A stretch of DNA of 64,000 nucleotides from positions 1,426,001-1,490,000 of the forward strand of contig NW_019028979.1 of the NCBI RefSeq assembly GCF_002105155.1, in the 5' to 3' direction. Under the pieces are notes generated by a model. That model had not been told where the DNA came from, did no database searches, and worked only from the letters and a program-made list of their open reading frames with translations. Origin of the DNA: Lobosporangium transversale (Eukaryota). The position numbers and the translations under genes are program-made. The stretch's first letter is position 1. Each line of letters starts with the position of its first letter. Shown piece after piece: positions 52,414 through 64,000 of the stretch.

Positions 52414-52955
52414 TTGATGAAAAATGAAGAAGTTGATGAGGAGGGAGACATAAGCTTTAAGTACTTGAAGCATAACAAAGAAAGTCATTACAAAGCACTT
52501 TATTGTATATAGCTGTTCTATTTTCTACTCGGTGATGTTTTTCAGTAAATCATTCTTCCTCCCTTGAATGCATGTTTGCCTGTTTGTTTGTACAAGTGTT
52601 AAAGACTGTATTTCAGGCTGGAGTAATGTCATTTTCACATCATCGCTGATTGCTGACCAATTAGGGTTGTTCCTGAGAAAAAAAAAAAAAAAATTCAAAC
52701 CTTCAATTTAATAAAAAAAACTACCTGCATCTTTCCCCCATCACAATCGTCAAGGCTCCTCAATGTCAACGATTGTGCATTCGGTCACTGGCTGCTGCAT
52801 GTCACCATTCTCTCTTTTTATTTCCTGTTTATGGATTTTTCCAAGTCTTCTCGCTTTTTGTTCGCATTATTATTTCATCCTATAGCTCTCCTTTACTATC
52901 CTTTGATAATACCCTACTAGCTCGTCTTCCTCCTTTCCCTTTCCTTTTTTTCATT

Positions 52956-54530
52956 ATGGGGCCACAGAAAAAGAGTGAACGCTCTTGTTTCCGTCGATAC
53001 CTCTGCCTCATTATATTCATTGCATTTGTTATCGTTGCAGCTGCAATCGCAATACCACTGGCACTTATTAAGCCATGGGAAAAGAATAAATCCCAAAAAT
53101 CAGACCTTATCCAACCTGATACCGCCATTACGCCTTCGACGGACAACTCAGCCAAAGTTAACAGTTATACCCCTGCCTTAAATGAGCCCTTTGACTATGC
53201 TAGGGGCACTGTCAAGATGCGGGGAGTGAATTTAGGGGGATGGTTAGTCTTGGAGCCCTTTATCACGCCTTCCCTCTTCAATCCATACATCTCTGCTGGG
53301 GTAGTAGATGAGTGGACGCTTTGTGCACACTTGGGGCCCGAGAGGGCCAAGGCATTGCTCGAGAGCCACTATGCTTCCTGGGTCAGCGAAGACACGTTCA
53401 AACAACTTAAGGATCTGGGACTGAACCACGTGCGTATTCCTATCGGGTTTTGGGCCATGGGCAACCTCACCGCGGATGAACCTTATGTGCCTAATGTTTC
53501 CTGGAAATATTTGCTTCGCGGCATTGAATGGGCTCGCAAGTATGGTATTCGCGTCATGGTTGAGCTACATGCTGCGCCAGGGTCCCAAAATGGCTGGAAC
53601 CATTCTGGACGATCCGGACAGATCAATTGGCTTAATGGAACCATGGGCACGGGGAATGCTCAGAGGACCCTACTCTACCTTCAGCAGATGGCGACGTTCT
53701 TTTCTAGCCCAGATTATGTTCATGTTAGTCCAATCATGGGCTTACTGAACGAGCCTGCAGCCTATCTTATTGGCGCCGAGAAGGTGATGGAGTGGTACAA
53801 GCAAGCCTTTGCAACAGTCAGAGAGGTAACAGGCACTGGAAAAGGGCCATGGGCCATCATCCATGATGGCTTTGTAGGCCTTCAAGCCTGGAGCGGCTTC
53901 ATGAAAGGATCTGACCGTTTGATGATCGGTATGTGGTAATTGAATTTTCACATTTTTATTTCATTGCATGACGTAGTTGGCAAAAAGTTGACACTATTTT
54001 TATTAACTAATTCGGTGGCAAATAATATAGATGCTCATCAATATATCATGTTTGACCAAAACTTGATAATGATGAATCAGTCTGCTCAACTCAAATTCGC
54101 GTGCGAGAATTGGGGTTCTGATTCAACCAAGAGCACCAAAGACTTTGGTCCGACCATGGTTGGCGAGTTTTCGGTAGCTGTCAACGACTGCGCGACGTAC
54201 CTCAACGGTATTGGTATGGGTTACCGTTGGGATGGTACTTTTCCAGGATCCAAACCCAAATCCCCCACCAGCACCTGCACGGACGAGAATGATGCCTCAA
54301 AGTACTCTGAAGAGTATAAGCAATTCTTAGCCGACTACTTCAGCGCACAACTAGATGCGTTTGAACAGGGAGCCGGTTGGTTCTACTGGAATTTCAAGAC
54401 AGAGACTAACCCACTCTGGTCATACTTTGATGGCGTCAAGTACGGATGGATCCCCAAGGACGCGAACAATCGTGGGCCAAGCTATTGCGCTCGGAATGGG
54501 ATTCTCACCAATCAGACAATATATACGTAG
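52956..54530 (+). CDS. Membrane-anchored GH5 exo-beta-1,3-glucanase (ExgD/Exg2-like)
   Basis: N-terminal TM anchor, RGVNLGGWLVLEPFITPSLF, NHVRIPIGFW, HAAPGSQNGWNHSG, catalytic NEP and VGEFS. One intron (~53929-54030). Confidence 0.92.
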
Positions 54531-55687
54531 AAACAACACCAACCACTTAATCTATTAATGATCTAGAGATCTAGTTTGCTACGCGTTGTTTTGCAAATTT
54601 TTTTTCTGATAAAATATATGACAATATGTGATGCTTCTTTTTGTTTGCTCACTCAACAAGTGGCCAGCGAGCCTATGCAGGCCTAGATGATACCTCTATG
54701 AATGCGTTTATAACGTTATACAAATACAAAAAAAGGACACATCTGATCTTTGGCTCTTTGAATTAAAACTGAGATTCAGACACAATGTGTGTGGCAGTGC
54801 AAATAAAGTTTATGCAAGATAGTGAATTAAAGTTTCATTGATCGCGGTTTTGTTGTGCACTGCCACACAGAAACAGGTTAATCGATGAAGACAAGCATGC
54901 GCAGAAAGAGGGAGGACAGGCAAAACTGCAAGAACATTCTCTAGATCCGCTCAACATGTTGTATTGTATATTATAGAGCATACGTGCATGTGCCTGTATT
55001 ACCAAAGTAGCAGGGCTCTTCTGTTGGAGGGAGAAGTAAATGGAATTGAGTTGTTTCTTACTTTTTCTTGTGTAAAATCTCCGTGGGCAAGATGTTCACT
55101 CCAAAAAGATTCTTTTTGTAAAGAATCTTTCATAACCAATTAGAAAAGTCTAGTCAAGGCGGGCTTCTTTTCGGCTGACTATATTGCTTCAACGGCGGTC
55201 AACATTCCGTTCGGTGATCGTTATCGTGCAGGATCTCTCGCCCTTCTCTCTCTCCCATGAGCCCCCGTTTCAGTTCTCGATAAACAAAACGCGCCGTAGT
55301 TATATGCATTTTCTTTCGCAAATGACATACTTGCTACAATAGTCGTCAGGGTTTAGTGGGCCCATACCGCCATGCTCTCCCTCAATATGTCACACACATA
55401 CGAAAAAGAAGTAAGAAAAAGAAATGCGCCGATCCAACTCATACTTGGTTCAAACATCCACCATATAGCGTAGGATTTAGCTCATACTTGCTTCTATTTC
55501 ATTCAACTGTATATAAATACCTCAGGAAATATCACTTCTCTTTTTTGGTTTTTTTCCTTGCCAAGCAGCCTCGTTCCTTAGTCTCATTAACGCTTCTAAT
55601 CTTTTCCATACACCCTTCATTCCCTACAAAAAAAAGCCCTTTATCGCATCTTTCCTCTTGCATTAAAGCACCTCAAAGGCACAAAAG

Positions 55688-58398
55688 ATGCTGAGCAAAA
55701 AAAGTCGCTCATTTTCATGGGCTTCACTTGGAGTAGCAGTACTGCTAGTCCTCCAAGCAATGTCCTCTATCAACGTAGCTACTGCTGCCCCTGCAGACCC
55801 ATCCAAGTCTACACAAGCTCTTCAGGGGGTCGTGAGGCGTCTATTACCACGTGCATACCATGACGCGTTCGATTTCCGACTGATCTCGGAAATTACTCCT
55901 CCCACGCCCGACAACAAGTATGATGTGTTCCGCGTTTCGAACTTGGCGAAGGGCACCTCTAAAGGCCCACGTATTTTGGTCGAAGGTACCACATTGTCTG
56001 CTTTGGGTCGTGGCCTCAAGTATTACTTGGATCAAGCTGGTCAGGTCGAGTTGACTTGGAGCGGCAACCGTTTTGATGAGTTGCCCCCTATTCCTCCGCA
56101 TGTCCCTGACCTGGAACTGGATACAAACCAGACTGTGACTACTGGACATGTCCGCGGAAGCTTTGTTCCCTGGCGTTACTATACCAATGTGGTTACATTT
56201 GGCTACCAGTTTGTGTTCTGGGATTGGAAGCGCTGGGAGCGTGAGCTTGGTAAGGGGCTATAAGGAACTTGTCATCTGATACACCTCTAAATCTAATGGC
56301 CACGATGTGTCTAACACTTTTACTCTTCTGTGCTACCACAATTATTTACTACTAGACTGGATTTTGTTGAATGGAATAAATCTGTTGCCTGCAATGGTCG
56401 GCCAAGAATATATCGCCCGCGAATTCTACCGTAACCTGAACTTGACAGATGAGGAGATCGATAGCTTCTTGACGGGCCCATCTTATATGCCCTGGCAGCG
56501 TATGGGCAACTTGCAAGGCTCCTGGACTCATAAGTTACTCAACAGCAGTGCTGCCAATGAGCTGGTCTACAAGAACAAGTGGATTGATGCTCAATGGGAC
56601 CTTCAAAAATTGATCATCCGTCGCATCCAAGAGCTAGGTATTACGGCCATCCTGCCTTCTTTCCAAGCGTTCACGCCCCGTGCCCTAGTTAACAAGTTCC
56701 CAGAGGCTGTCTTCAAGAATTCGAGCCAATGGTCCTTCTTCCCAGAGGAGCACACGAATGTTACCTATGTAAAGCAAACTGATCCCCTGTTCACAACTCT
56801 GGCTACTCAGTTCTTACAGCTGCAACAAAAGCTATACGATGGCTACCAATCTCATTTCTACCTCTTGGATCTGTATAACGAGCTGATTCCGGATTGTGTG
56901 ACTCCTGCTTGTTTGAAGGACACAACCACGAGTGTAACTAAGGCTCTTCAGGCGGCGGATAAGGATGCAGTCTGGGTAATGCAAGGTTGGTTCTTGACCA
57001 ATACAGCTGTCTGGACCCCTGAGGCCACAAAGGCTTACTTCGAGGGCATTCGTGAGGCCAATGGAAAGACATTTATCTTTGACTTGGCTTCGGATTCCAT
57101 TCCACTATGGGAGTCCACTCAGGGATTCTATGGATATGACTTTGGCTTCAGCACGTAAGTCTCCTTTTATACTCTGTGCGCTCTTATGGTTGTTGTTGTT
57201 CAATCATTTACACATTCATTTAAATTCTTGCTTCTTTCCCTTGAAACATAGTCTTAACAACTACGGTGCCGCTCAGGGTTTGTTTGGAAAGTTGCCAGCT
57301 CTTCTCACGACTGCTTATAAGGCATATGGACAGTACAGTGCTAACTTGAAGGGCATTGGTGTGACGACCGAGAGCGTTAATAACAATGAGTACATCTATC
57401 AGACGACACTGGAATTGCCTTGGCATGATCCTAAGCAGGCCATCGATGGAGCTTCGCACTTGGAGCAGTTCATCCGCCGTCGATATGGCCTAAAAGCGAC
57501 ACCCAAGGTCCAAGATGCATGGAATAAACTGCGTCAGACCGTTTGGGATTGCCAGTCAGGACAATTGTCTCAAAGTAAATCATTTGTTGAGAAGACACCA
57601 GCGTTGAATATGATCACTGGCCCAGATGCCTGGCTGGGTACGGTCTTTTGGTATAACAAGACGATTGTTGCCGAAGCCTGGGATCAACTGGTCCAGAGCG
57701 CTACTAAGGAGCACCATGCCAATGTCCCCAAGTCATTCAAGTTTGATCTTGTAGATACAACTCGTGAGGTCTTGTTAGCTACAGTCTTCCCCGCATTGCA
57801 TCAATCCCTTGTTGATGGATACGATGCCAAGGATATTAATAAGATTCGAACCTATGGTCGCCAGCTCATTGCATTGATCCGTGACGCTGATAGAGTGTTG
57901 AACACGAACCCAGCTTTCTCATTTGGTTCTTTTGTGAACGAAGCCAAGACCTCAATCGATCCCGTAGGTGGCCAAAAGGACAAGTTTATCAAGTTTGAGA
58001 AGCCTGGGCCGACAAAGGCAGGTTACCAACATTTCTTGGAATCAAATGCTCGCAACCTGGTGACCTGGTGGGGACCCGAGGGTACAGGACCCCCAGGCGC
58101 ATTGCCTGATTATGCATCAAAGCAATGGGGCGGTCTCTTGACTTCGTACTACCTACCTCGCTGGGAGTTGTTCATTTCTCAATTGGAGGAGGCAGTCTTA
58201 TCAAACTCTGCTTTTAATCCGGACGATTACTTGAGCAAGAGGTTGGCGCGTGAAGCTCAATGGCAGACGCAGGTCTGGGGCCAACGCCCTGGTGAGACCT
58301 GGGTAACCAATGGCCAAGAGTCTGTGGAAGTTGTCCGCGAGATCCATAATAAATACCGTGCCTTAGTATTCAAGATCGCAGCTGGTGGCAAGGCGTAA
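55688..58398 (+). CDS. Secreted GH89 alpha-N-acetylglucosaminidase (NAGLU-like)
   Basis: Signal peptide, WRYYTNVVTFGY..VFWDWKRWERELDW..LNGINL, PWQRMGNLQG, candidate catalytic DLYNEL and GVTTESVNNNE, WVMQGW, DYASKQWGGL...YYLPRW. Two introns. Confidence 0.92.
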
Positions 58399-58574
58399 GA
58401 GCTCGATTGATAAAAATAAAAAATGAGATAGACTTTTTCTCCACTTCATTAGTGAATATTTATACCAAAAAGAAGTAATATAATTAACAAAAAATAAATA
58501 AAAAATAAAAAATAACAAATATATAAACTCAGCTTCTTTTCTTGTTTAATAAAAGAAAGATATCTAAGGCCAAT

Positions 58575-58990
58575 CTAGTCTTCATACGATGCAATTGTGC
58601 CATCAAAAGCAATTTCGCATGGCACTCGTGGGAGATCAAGGTCTAAGTGGTGATCAAACATGGCAAAAGGGCCGCCTTTGGGCTGTGAAGTTGTAAATGA
58701 TGCTGTGGTCATGGTTGTAGAGACGTTCCCGCTAGTTACGCCAGGAACAGAAGTAGCAGCGGTAGTTGTAATTGCTGTGGGATTTTCAAGTCCCTTGCGC
58801 TTGAAGTACATCTTGCCAAAAAAAGGGTCGCGGCCCTTGAGAAGCATAGGGAGCCAGACAGTGTCATCTTCCCACATTTGATCATACGGAATATCTGCGA
58901 AATCGAACCACTGTGGCCTCATTTCATCACATCTATAGTTCTCATCGGGAGTAGATCAAAGTGCGTGAGAAGTCAACCTCAAGCTCGCAT

Positions 58991-59031
<41 letters not shown>

Positions 59032-59629
59032 CTTACTCACGAACTTCGCCCTCGTATTCGTAGGCTTTATAGACATGGGTCTCTAAGGCCATAGGATCGT
59101 TCTCAAAGAGGAAGAGTAGAATACCAGCTTTAGTCAAGCTTTCAGGTTTGACAGTGACGCCAGCTTCTTCTTCCAGCTCGCGTAGTGCTCCTTGTTTAGG
59201 TGTTTCGCCTGGTTCAACCTTGCCTCCAAACCTGTACAGGATAATAATCAACCAAAACAACAAAAAAAAAAAAAAAATAACGACTAAAAAAATGAAGTTC
59301 ATGATTCATTCGGGGTTCAAAGGGGTACAAGTATGTAAGAAAAAAGCATACCCATTCCAGAGATGAGCACCAAAGCCTCGCTTCTTATATCCAAGGAGGA
59401 TCTAAAAGGTTTTGTAAATAATTTTAATACGATTGAGCTGATCAGCATTTCAGCTTGTCAACCTGTCTTATTTGTAATAAATAAATCCTACAGGACCTCG
59501 TGGGCCCTCGTTGTCAAAAAAAAAAAAAAAAAAAAAAAAAAAACTTATTTGCAGTACCTTTTGTTTTTCCTTATTAATGACAAGTACAAGCGTCAGAACT
59601 TTCTTGGAGTTGAAAGTGAAGGAGTCCAT
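58575..59629 (-). CDS. NUDT1: Nudix hydrolase, MTH1/NUDT1-like 8-oxo-dGTPase
   Basis: Spliced product KKVLTLVLV...[41 protein letters not shown]...EMRPQWF...IPYDQMWEDD..WLP. Three introns. Confidence 0.9.
59475..59543 (+). mobile_element. Extremely 5'-truncated LINE 3' end inserted in NUDT1 intron 1
   Basis: 59479-59515 matches the reverse complement of 171-207 at 33/37 with no gaps. A28 tail. 8-bp TSD CTTATTTG at 59467-59474 and 59544-59551. Confidence 0.85.
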
Positions 59630-59974
59630 GGTATTTGTAAGCAAAGTTGTCTTTTATGTGATTGATGTCATGAAACTTCCGATGATTTGCATGTTGATCG
59701 TTTTGTACCATATAGAAAGTCACTTTTGCCACCAAATAACCTTATTTGTTGTCAATAGAAGAAAGACATGTCTACACCTCTCTGCTTCACAAATCATTAT
59801 TACAGTTGTTGACTGTGACAAAAGTTGTGGCCATTACACACTAATAATATTTTCACAACGACCTTCATCAAGAGCCTTGTCCAACAAGTCTGTCGTTCCA
59901 CACAGACAATCTTTTTAAAGCCTCGATTCAGTTTTCATTCCTCGGTCGCTCGTTTCCACTTAGGATCTATTGCC

Positions 59975-61656
59975 ATGGGAATTCACGGACTGTCCAAGGT
60001 CATTGGTGACAATGCTAAGGAGGCCATCAAGGAGGACGACATCAAGAACTACTTTGGACGAAAGGTCGCCATTGATGCCTCCATGTCCATTTACCAATTC
60101 ATGATCGCTGTTCGTCAGCAAGACGGTCAGCTTTTGCAGAATGAGCAAGGAGAGACAACAAGGTAACCAAAAAGGGGAAAATGATATGCTTTTTTGCCAA
60201 TAGACAACAAAGATATAATATATCATCTAACTTCATATTTTGCTCTCAGTCACTTGATGGGGATGTTCTATCGGACGCTGCGCATGGTAGACAATGGTCT
60301 CAAACCTGTTTATGTCTTTGATGGCCAACCACCTACTCTCAAGTCCGGAGAGGTAAGACGTCTAGCTTGGTTGCAAGAATGAAAATGTATTTTGCTTATG
60401 ACACTCACAGTCTTCCTTTCCTCTTTTCTTTTTATTACCATCAGTTGGCCAAGCGTAGTCAGAAGAGGAAGGAAGCTGTTGCCAGCAAGGAGGAAGCAGA
60501 GGAGATTGGCGATCAAGAGGCTATCGACAAGTTCAACCGACGTACAGTTAAAGTTACTCGCGAACATAACGAAGAATGCAAGAAGCTATTGAGGTTGCTT
60601 GGTATCCCTTACGTCGAGGTAAGTGTTAATAATACAAATGGTGTCGCTACCATTCTACTGTCCAGACTCAAATGATCAGGAACCCAACCTGGCATTAATG
60701 ATATCGTTAATTGTGTTACTGATACTCATAACTAACCTTTTTTTTTTTTTTTTTTTTTTTTTTTTCTTCTTTTTCGTTTCAATAGGCACCTTGTGAAGCA
60801 GAAGCACAATGTGCCGCGCTCGCAAAGGCAGGAAAAGTTTACGCAGCAGGGTCGGAAGATATGGACACATTGACTTTTGGATCGCCTATATTACTGCGTC
60901 ATTTAACTTATAGTGAGGCTAAAAAGATGCCTATCAGTGAAATCTCGCTCTCAAAGACATTAGAAGGACTGAACTTTACAATGGAGGAGGTATAGGACTC
61001 TTTTATCTGCAGGTGGACTTCTTTTTATTTTTAAGACTTTAACGCAAACCTCCTTTTTTATTATTATTATTGCAATAGTTTGTTGACCTCTGTATTTTGT
61101 TAGGATGTGATTATTGTGATTCGATTAAAAATGTTGGTCCGGCACGCGCAATTTCATTGATCAAAGAGCACAAAAATATAGAGACAATCTTAAAGAATAT
61201 TGATCAAAAACGTTACCCCATCCCTGAGGACTGGCCCTACAAGGATGCACGCGAATTGTTCTTGAACCCCATCGTCACAGACCCAGAAACCATTGAGGTA
61301 CATACCATGCATTCTATATGTTTTTTGTAGAGGAAAAAAAAATAGAAATACCTTGTCCCTTATTGAGCTTTCTTCTCTTCTGTGAATAGATCAAGTGGGA
61401 GTCGCCTGATGTCGAAGGACTGGTTGACTTTTTGGTCAGGGATAAAGGTTTTAGCGAGGAACGTGTCCGCAAAGGATGTGAAAGATTGGAGAAGAACCTC
61501 AAGTCTGCAACGCAGGGTCGTTTGGATAGCTTCTTCAAACCATTAGCGTCTGCGGATAAAAAGCGAAAAGCCGATGAATCTAATGGTAATAAGAGCAAGA
61601 AGGCTGCTCCAGCAAAACCAAAGGCTGGAAGCAATCGTGGTCGACCAAGAAAGTAA
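59975..61656 (+). CDS. FEN1: Flap endonuclease 1 (FEN1/Rad27)
   Basis: [73 protein letters not shown] box QGRLDSFF. Five introns. Confidence 0.97.
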
Positions 61657-62353
61657 ATTCACAAACAGGGGGCTCTAAACTGCTTAGACATCTAATTTTT
61701 GTGCCTTCGTAACATGATCGAGGCTTTCTATGTCCCATAATAAAAAATGGTAATCTGTTTTCAAAATACGGCCCTGTTGCTTGGACTATGTTTGCTTGTT
61801 GCCTTGTATCAGTCCTTATCAAGATGTACATGGTTTATGAAGCACAGATGCTATCTCCTGTAGTGAGAGCTGCTTTAAGTAAATCGCTCCATTACATTTA
61901 AACGGACATGGCCCTTTGAAATACCAAAATTGATGAGTAAACATCATGGAAATTATGAATACAATGGTATTTGAAGCTGCAACTCCTATTGTGGTGATAA
62001 AGGTCTTTCAAAAAAAAAAAAAAAGATAAACGAGAACAGTCAGCATCCAATAGTTCTGTGCAAAAGAAGAAGCAAAGATCCACAGCCTCCTCAAGTAAGT
62101 TGCAAAACTTTTTTTTAGTAAATTTTAATAAAATCGGTTGGTGGCGGAGCCTGCACGTGCCCATTTTAAATCAGGTACCGCCATTTTGGAACAGCTATGC
62201 GCATGGGCGCATTTGCCCTTAAGCGAACGAACTCACAAAAAAAAAAAAAAAACAAAAAAGTCGAGTTGCATGGCATCTCATTTATTTTTCCTTTCTTCAC
62301 TACTAACCGCTCCATTCTTTTTTTTTATTGTTGAATTGACTTGGCTTGTCCTC

Positions 62354-62842
62354 ATGAACAAATTTTTTATGGTCCTGGTCGCTGGCCTTAGCCTCGTAAT
62401 GATATATCCTTTAGAGAACAAATCTTGGATAGGGTCATTTGCTCCCATCCTCCTCGGCTTTCTTGCCGGTTTGCTCAATGCGGAGACACCCATGGCTAGC
62501 AGTCTACAGGAACTTTTCGGACTCACATCTAGGCATCCCGATCGAGTTGGTTTGGATATCATTCACACAAATGGCGAAAATATTAAAGATCGCCAGGCTG
62601 CTAAATCACAGCTGAATCAAAGGGTGATGTATGGACTGCAGCATGCGTTCTTAAATCTCGAGGTTACTGGGTGGTGGTTCAACATGGGTTACTGGAATAA
62701 AGAGACGAGAACTTCAATGCGATTTCAAGATGCTTGCAAGGCTTTGGTTGAGAAACTAACTAGTCATTTAGACATTGGACGGGACAGTCATATCCTTGGT
62801 AAGTAACGGTAAATTAAAATAAAATAAAATGATAATAGACGC

Positions 62843-62880
<38 letters not shown>

Positions 62881-63669
62881 GATCCAATTGTTTTAAATAA
62901 TGCATTATTTCTTTTGCTAGATGTCGGATTCGGCTGTGGAGATCAGGATGTGTACATGGCTCAACTCTACCGACCAGCCAGAATCACTGGCATTACCATT
63001 GAGCCGATCCAGCACCATGCCGCCCAGGAATTGATAAGACGCACCCAAACTCCAGAAACAGACATTCAATTGCATGTCGCGGATGCCTCAAAGCTGCCTG
63101 CGTTTCTCCAAGCCAACCCAGATATATTTACTCGCTCTCAGCCCCAGTTCTCAAGCTCCTCAGAATCTTCGGACACCTCAGATATGCGTTATTTTACACA
63201 CGTGGTCTCTATTGACTCAGCGTATCATTATAATACACGCGTACAGTTTCTAAAGAATGCAGCAGCTGTATTAATGCCAGAAACAGGTCGTCTGGCCTTA
63301 GCAGATATGATCCTTGCGAGACCCGCTCCAACCTCAGGCTTTGGTCAGAAAATATTCAATGCTGTGTTTAGTGCTATCGAAGTCCCTGTAACTAATATGA
63401 AGACCATTGAGGCTTATAAACAGGATCTGGTAGATGCAGGGTTTGTGGATATTGAGATTGAATGTATTGAGGAGTTTGTGTTCTCAGGCCTGGCCTCTTA
63501 TATTGACAATCAGTTGGGTCGACTAGGAGGACTCGTTAAGCCAGGTGTCAACTGGACCTACTGGGGATTGTCCAAGGGGCTATGGTGGTTGGATCGATCC
63601 AAGTGGTTACATTTCGTCATAGTCAAAGCAAGGAATGGTCATAAACAAAACAAGGCTTTCAAGCATTAA
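62354..63669 (+). CDS. SAM-dependent (class I) methyltransferase with hydrophobic N-terminus; start codon uncertain
   Basis: NMGYW, motif I ILDVGFGCGDQ across the intron (~62799-62920), SIDSAYHY, GRLALAD. Confidence 0.8.
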
Positions 63670-63701
63670 TTACTGTAGATATAAACTAAATATAATCCAA
63701 G

Positions 63702-64000
63702 CTATAGAACAAGCACAGAATGCCCAATCGATTCAAAAACTGTTTTGGCATCCAAGGCTTTGTCCTTCTTGACTAGAATATAGTCCGTGTCATAGGTGCT
63801 GACTACAAAAACCGAGATCTTGTTCTCTGCCAATGCTCCACTCAGATTAGCCATGATGCCCACGTAGCTAAAGTCCAATGGGCCTTGAACTTTGAAGCAG
63901 CGCCAATCAGGCGAGACCTTGTGTTCACAGTTAGGAATTAGTTGATCGCTGTTGATATCAGTCCAGTCATGAGAAATAACGAGAGAGATCTCATCAGGGG
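63702..64000 (-). CDS. ACT-domain protein (ACT_7/CASTOR-like), 3' part only
   Basis: Minus frame PDEISLV...WRCFKVQGPLDFSYVGIMANLSGALAENKISVFVVSTYDTDYILVK...*. It runs off the window edge and is absent from the ORF track. Confidence 0.85.
   Translation of the reverse strand, partial: PDEISLVISHDWTDINSDQLIPNCEHKVSPDWRCFKVQGPLDFSYVGIMANLSGALAENKISVFVVSTYDTDYILVKKDKALDAKTVFESIGHSVLVL

Noticed and set aside
55105..55130. 11-bp AT-rich inverted repeat
   Set aside because: Low complexity and expected by chance in AT-rich spacer DNA.
1..64000. CRISPR arrays, rRNA, U12-type introns, Sec/readthrough recoding, hammerhead ribozymes
   Set aside because: None seen by eye. The introns examined are GT-AG without the RTATCCTT donor, no in-frame stops appear in intact genes, and the CTGATGA hits lie in coding regions without ribozyme stems.

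Overview
Eukaryotic, intron-rich fungal DNA. Gene style and content suggest an early-diverging fungus, probably Mortierellaceae/Mucoromycota; this is an inference. The first ~4 kb is a nested mobile-element zone around a tRNA-Trp(CCA) gene. It holds a head-to-tail pair of poly(A)-tailed non-LTR retrotransposon 3' ends just upstream of the tRNA, a Mutator-type MITE (21-bp TIRs, 9-bp TSD) containing another poly(A)-tailed fragment, and a decayed, internally rearranged Ty3/gypsy-like gag-protease with PBS and LTR edge. The rest is gene-dense. In order: a giant (~3,600 aa) C1-domain/helical-repeat protein that I think is a fungal UNC-79-like protein, ERB1, RPL4, an EF-hand MscS-like channel, IPI3, two tandem M1 aminopeptidases, three tandem FAD-dependent monooxygenases, 3-hydroxyacyl-CoA dehydrogenase, a CorA-family transporter with a GTN (not GMN) motif, a 62-aa spliced membrane microprotein, a GH5 exo-glucanase, a GH89 alpha-N-acetylglucosaminidase, a head-to-head NUDT1/FEN1 pair, a SAM methyltransferase and a partial ACT-domain gene. 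About 40 long poly(A)/poly(T) tracts lie in introns and spacers. Best leads: the UNC-79-like protein (possible fungal Cch1/NALCN channelosome subunit), and the LINE family that stacks upstream of a tRNA gene and also appears as a 69-bp TSD-flanked insertion in a NUDT1 intron. Exon boundaries were read by eye and homology calls come from remembered motifs, not searches.
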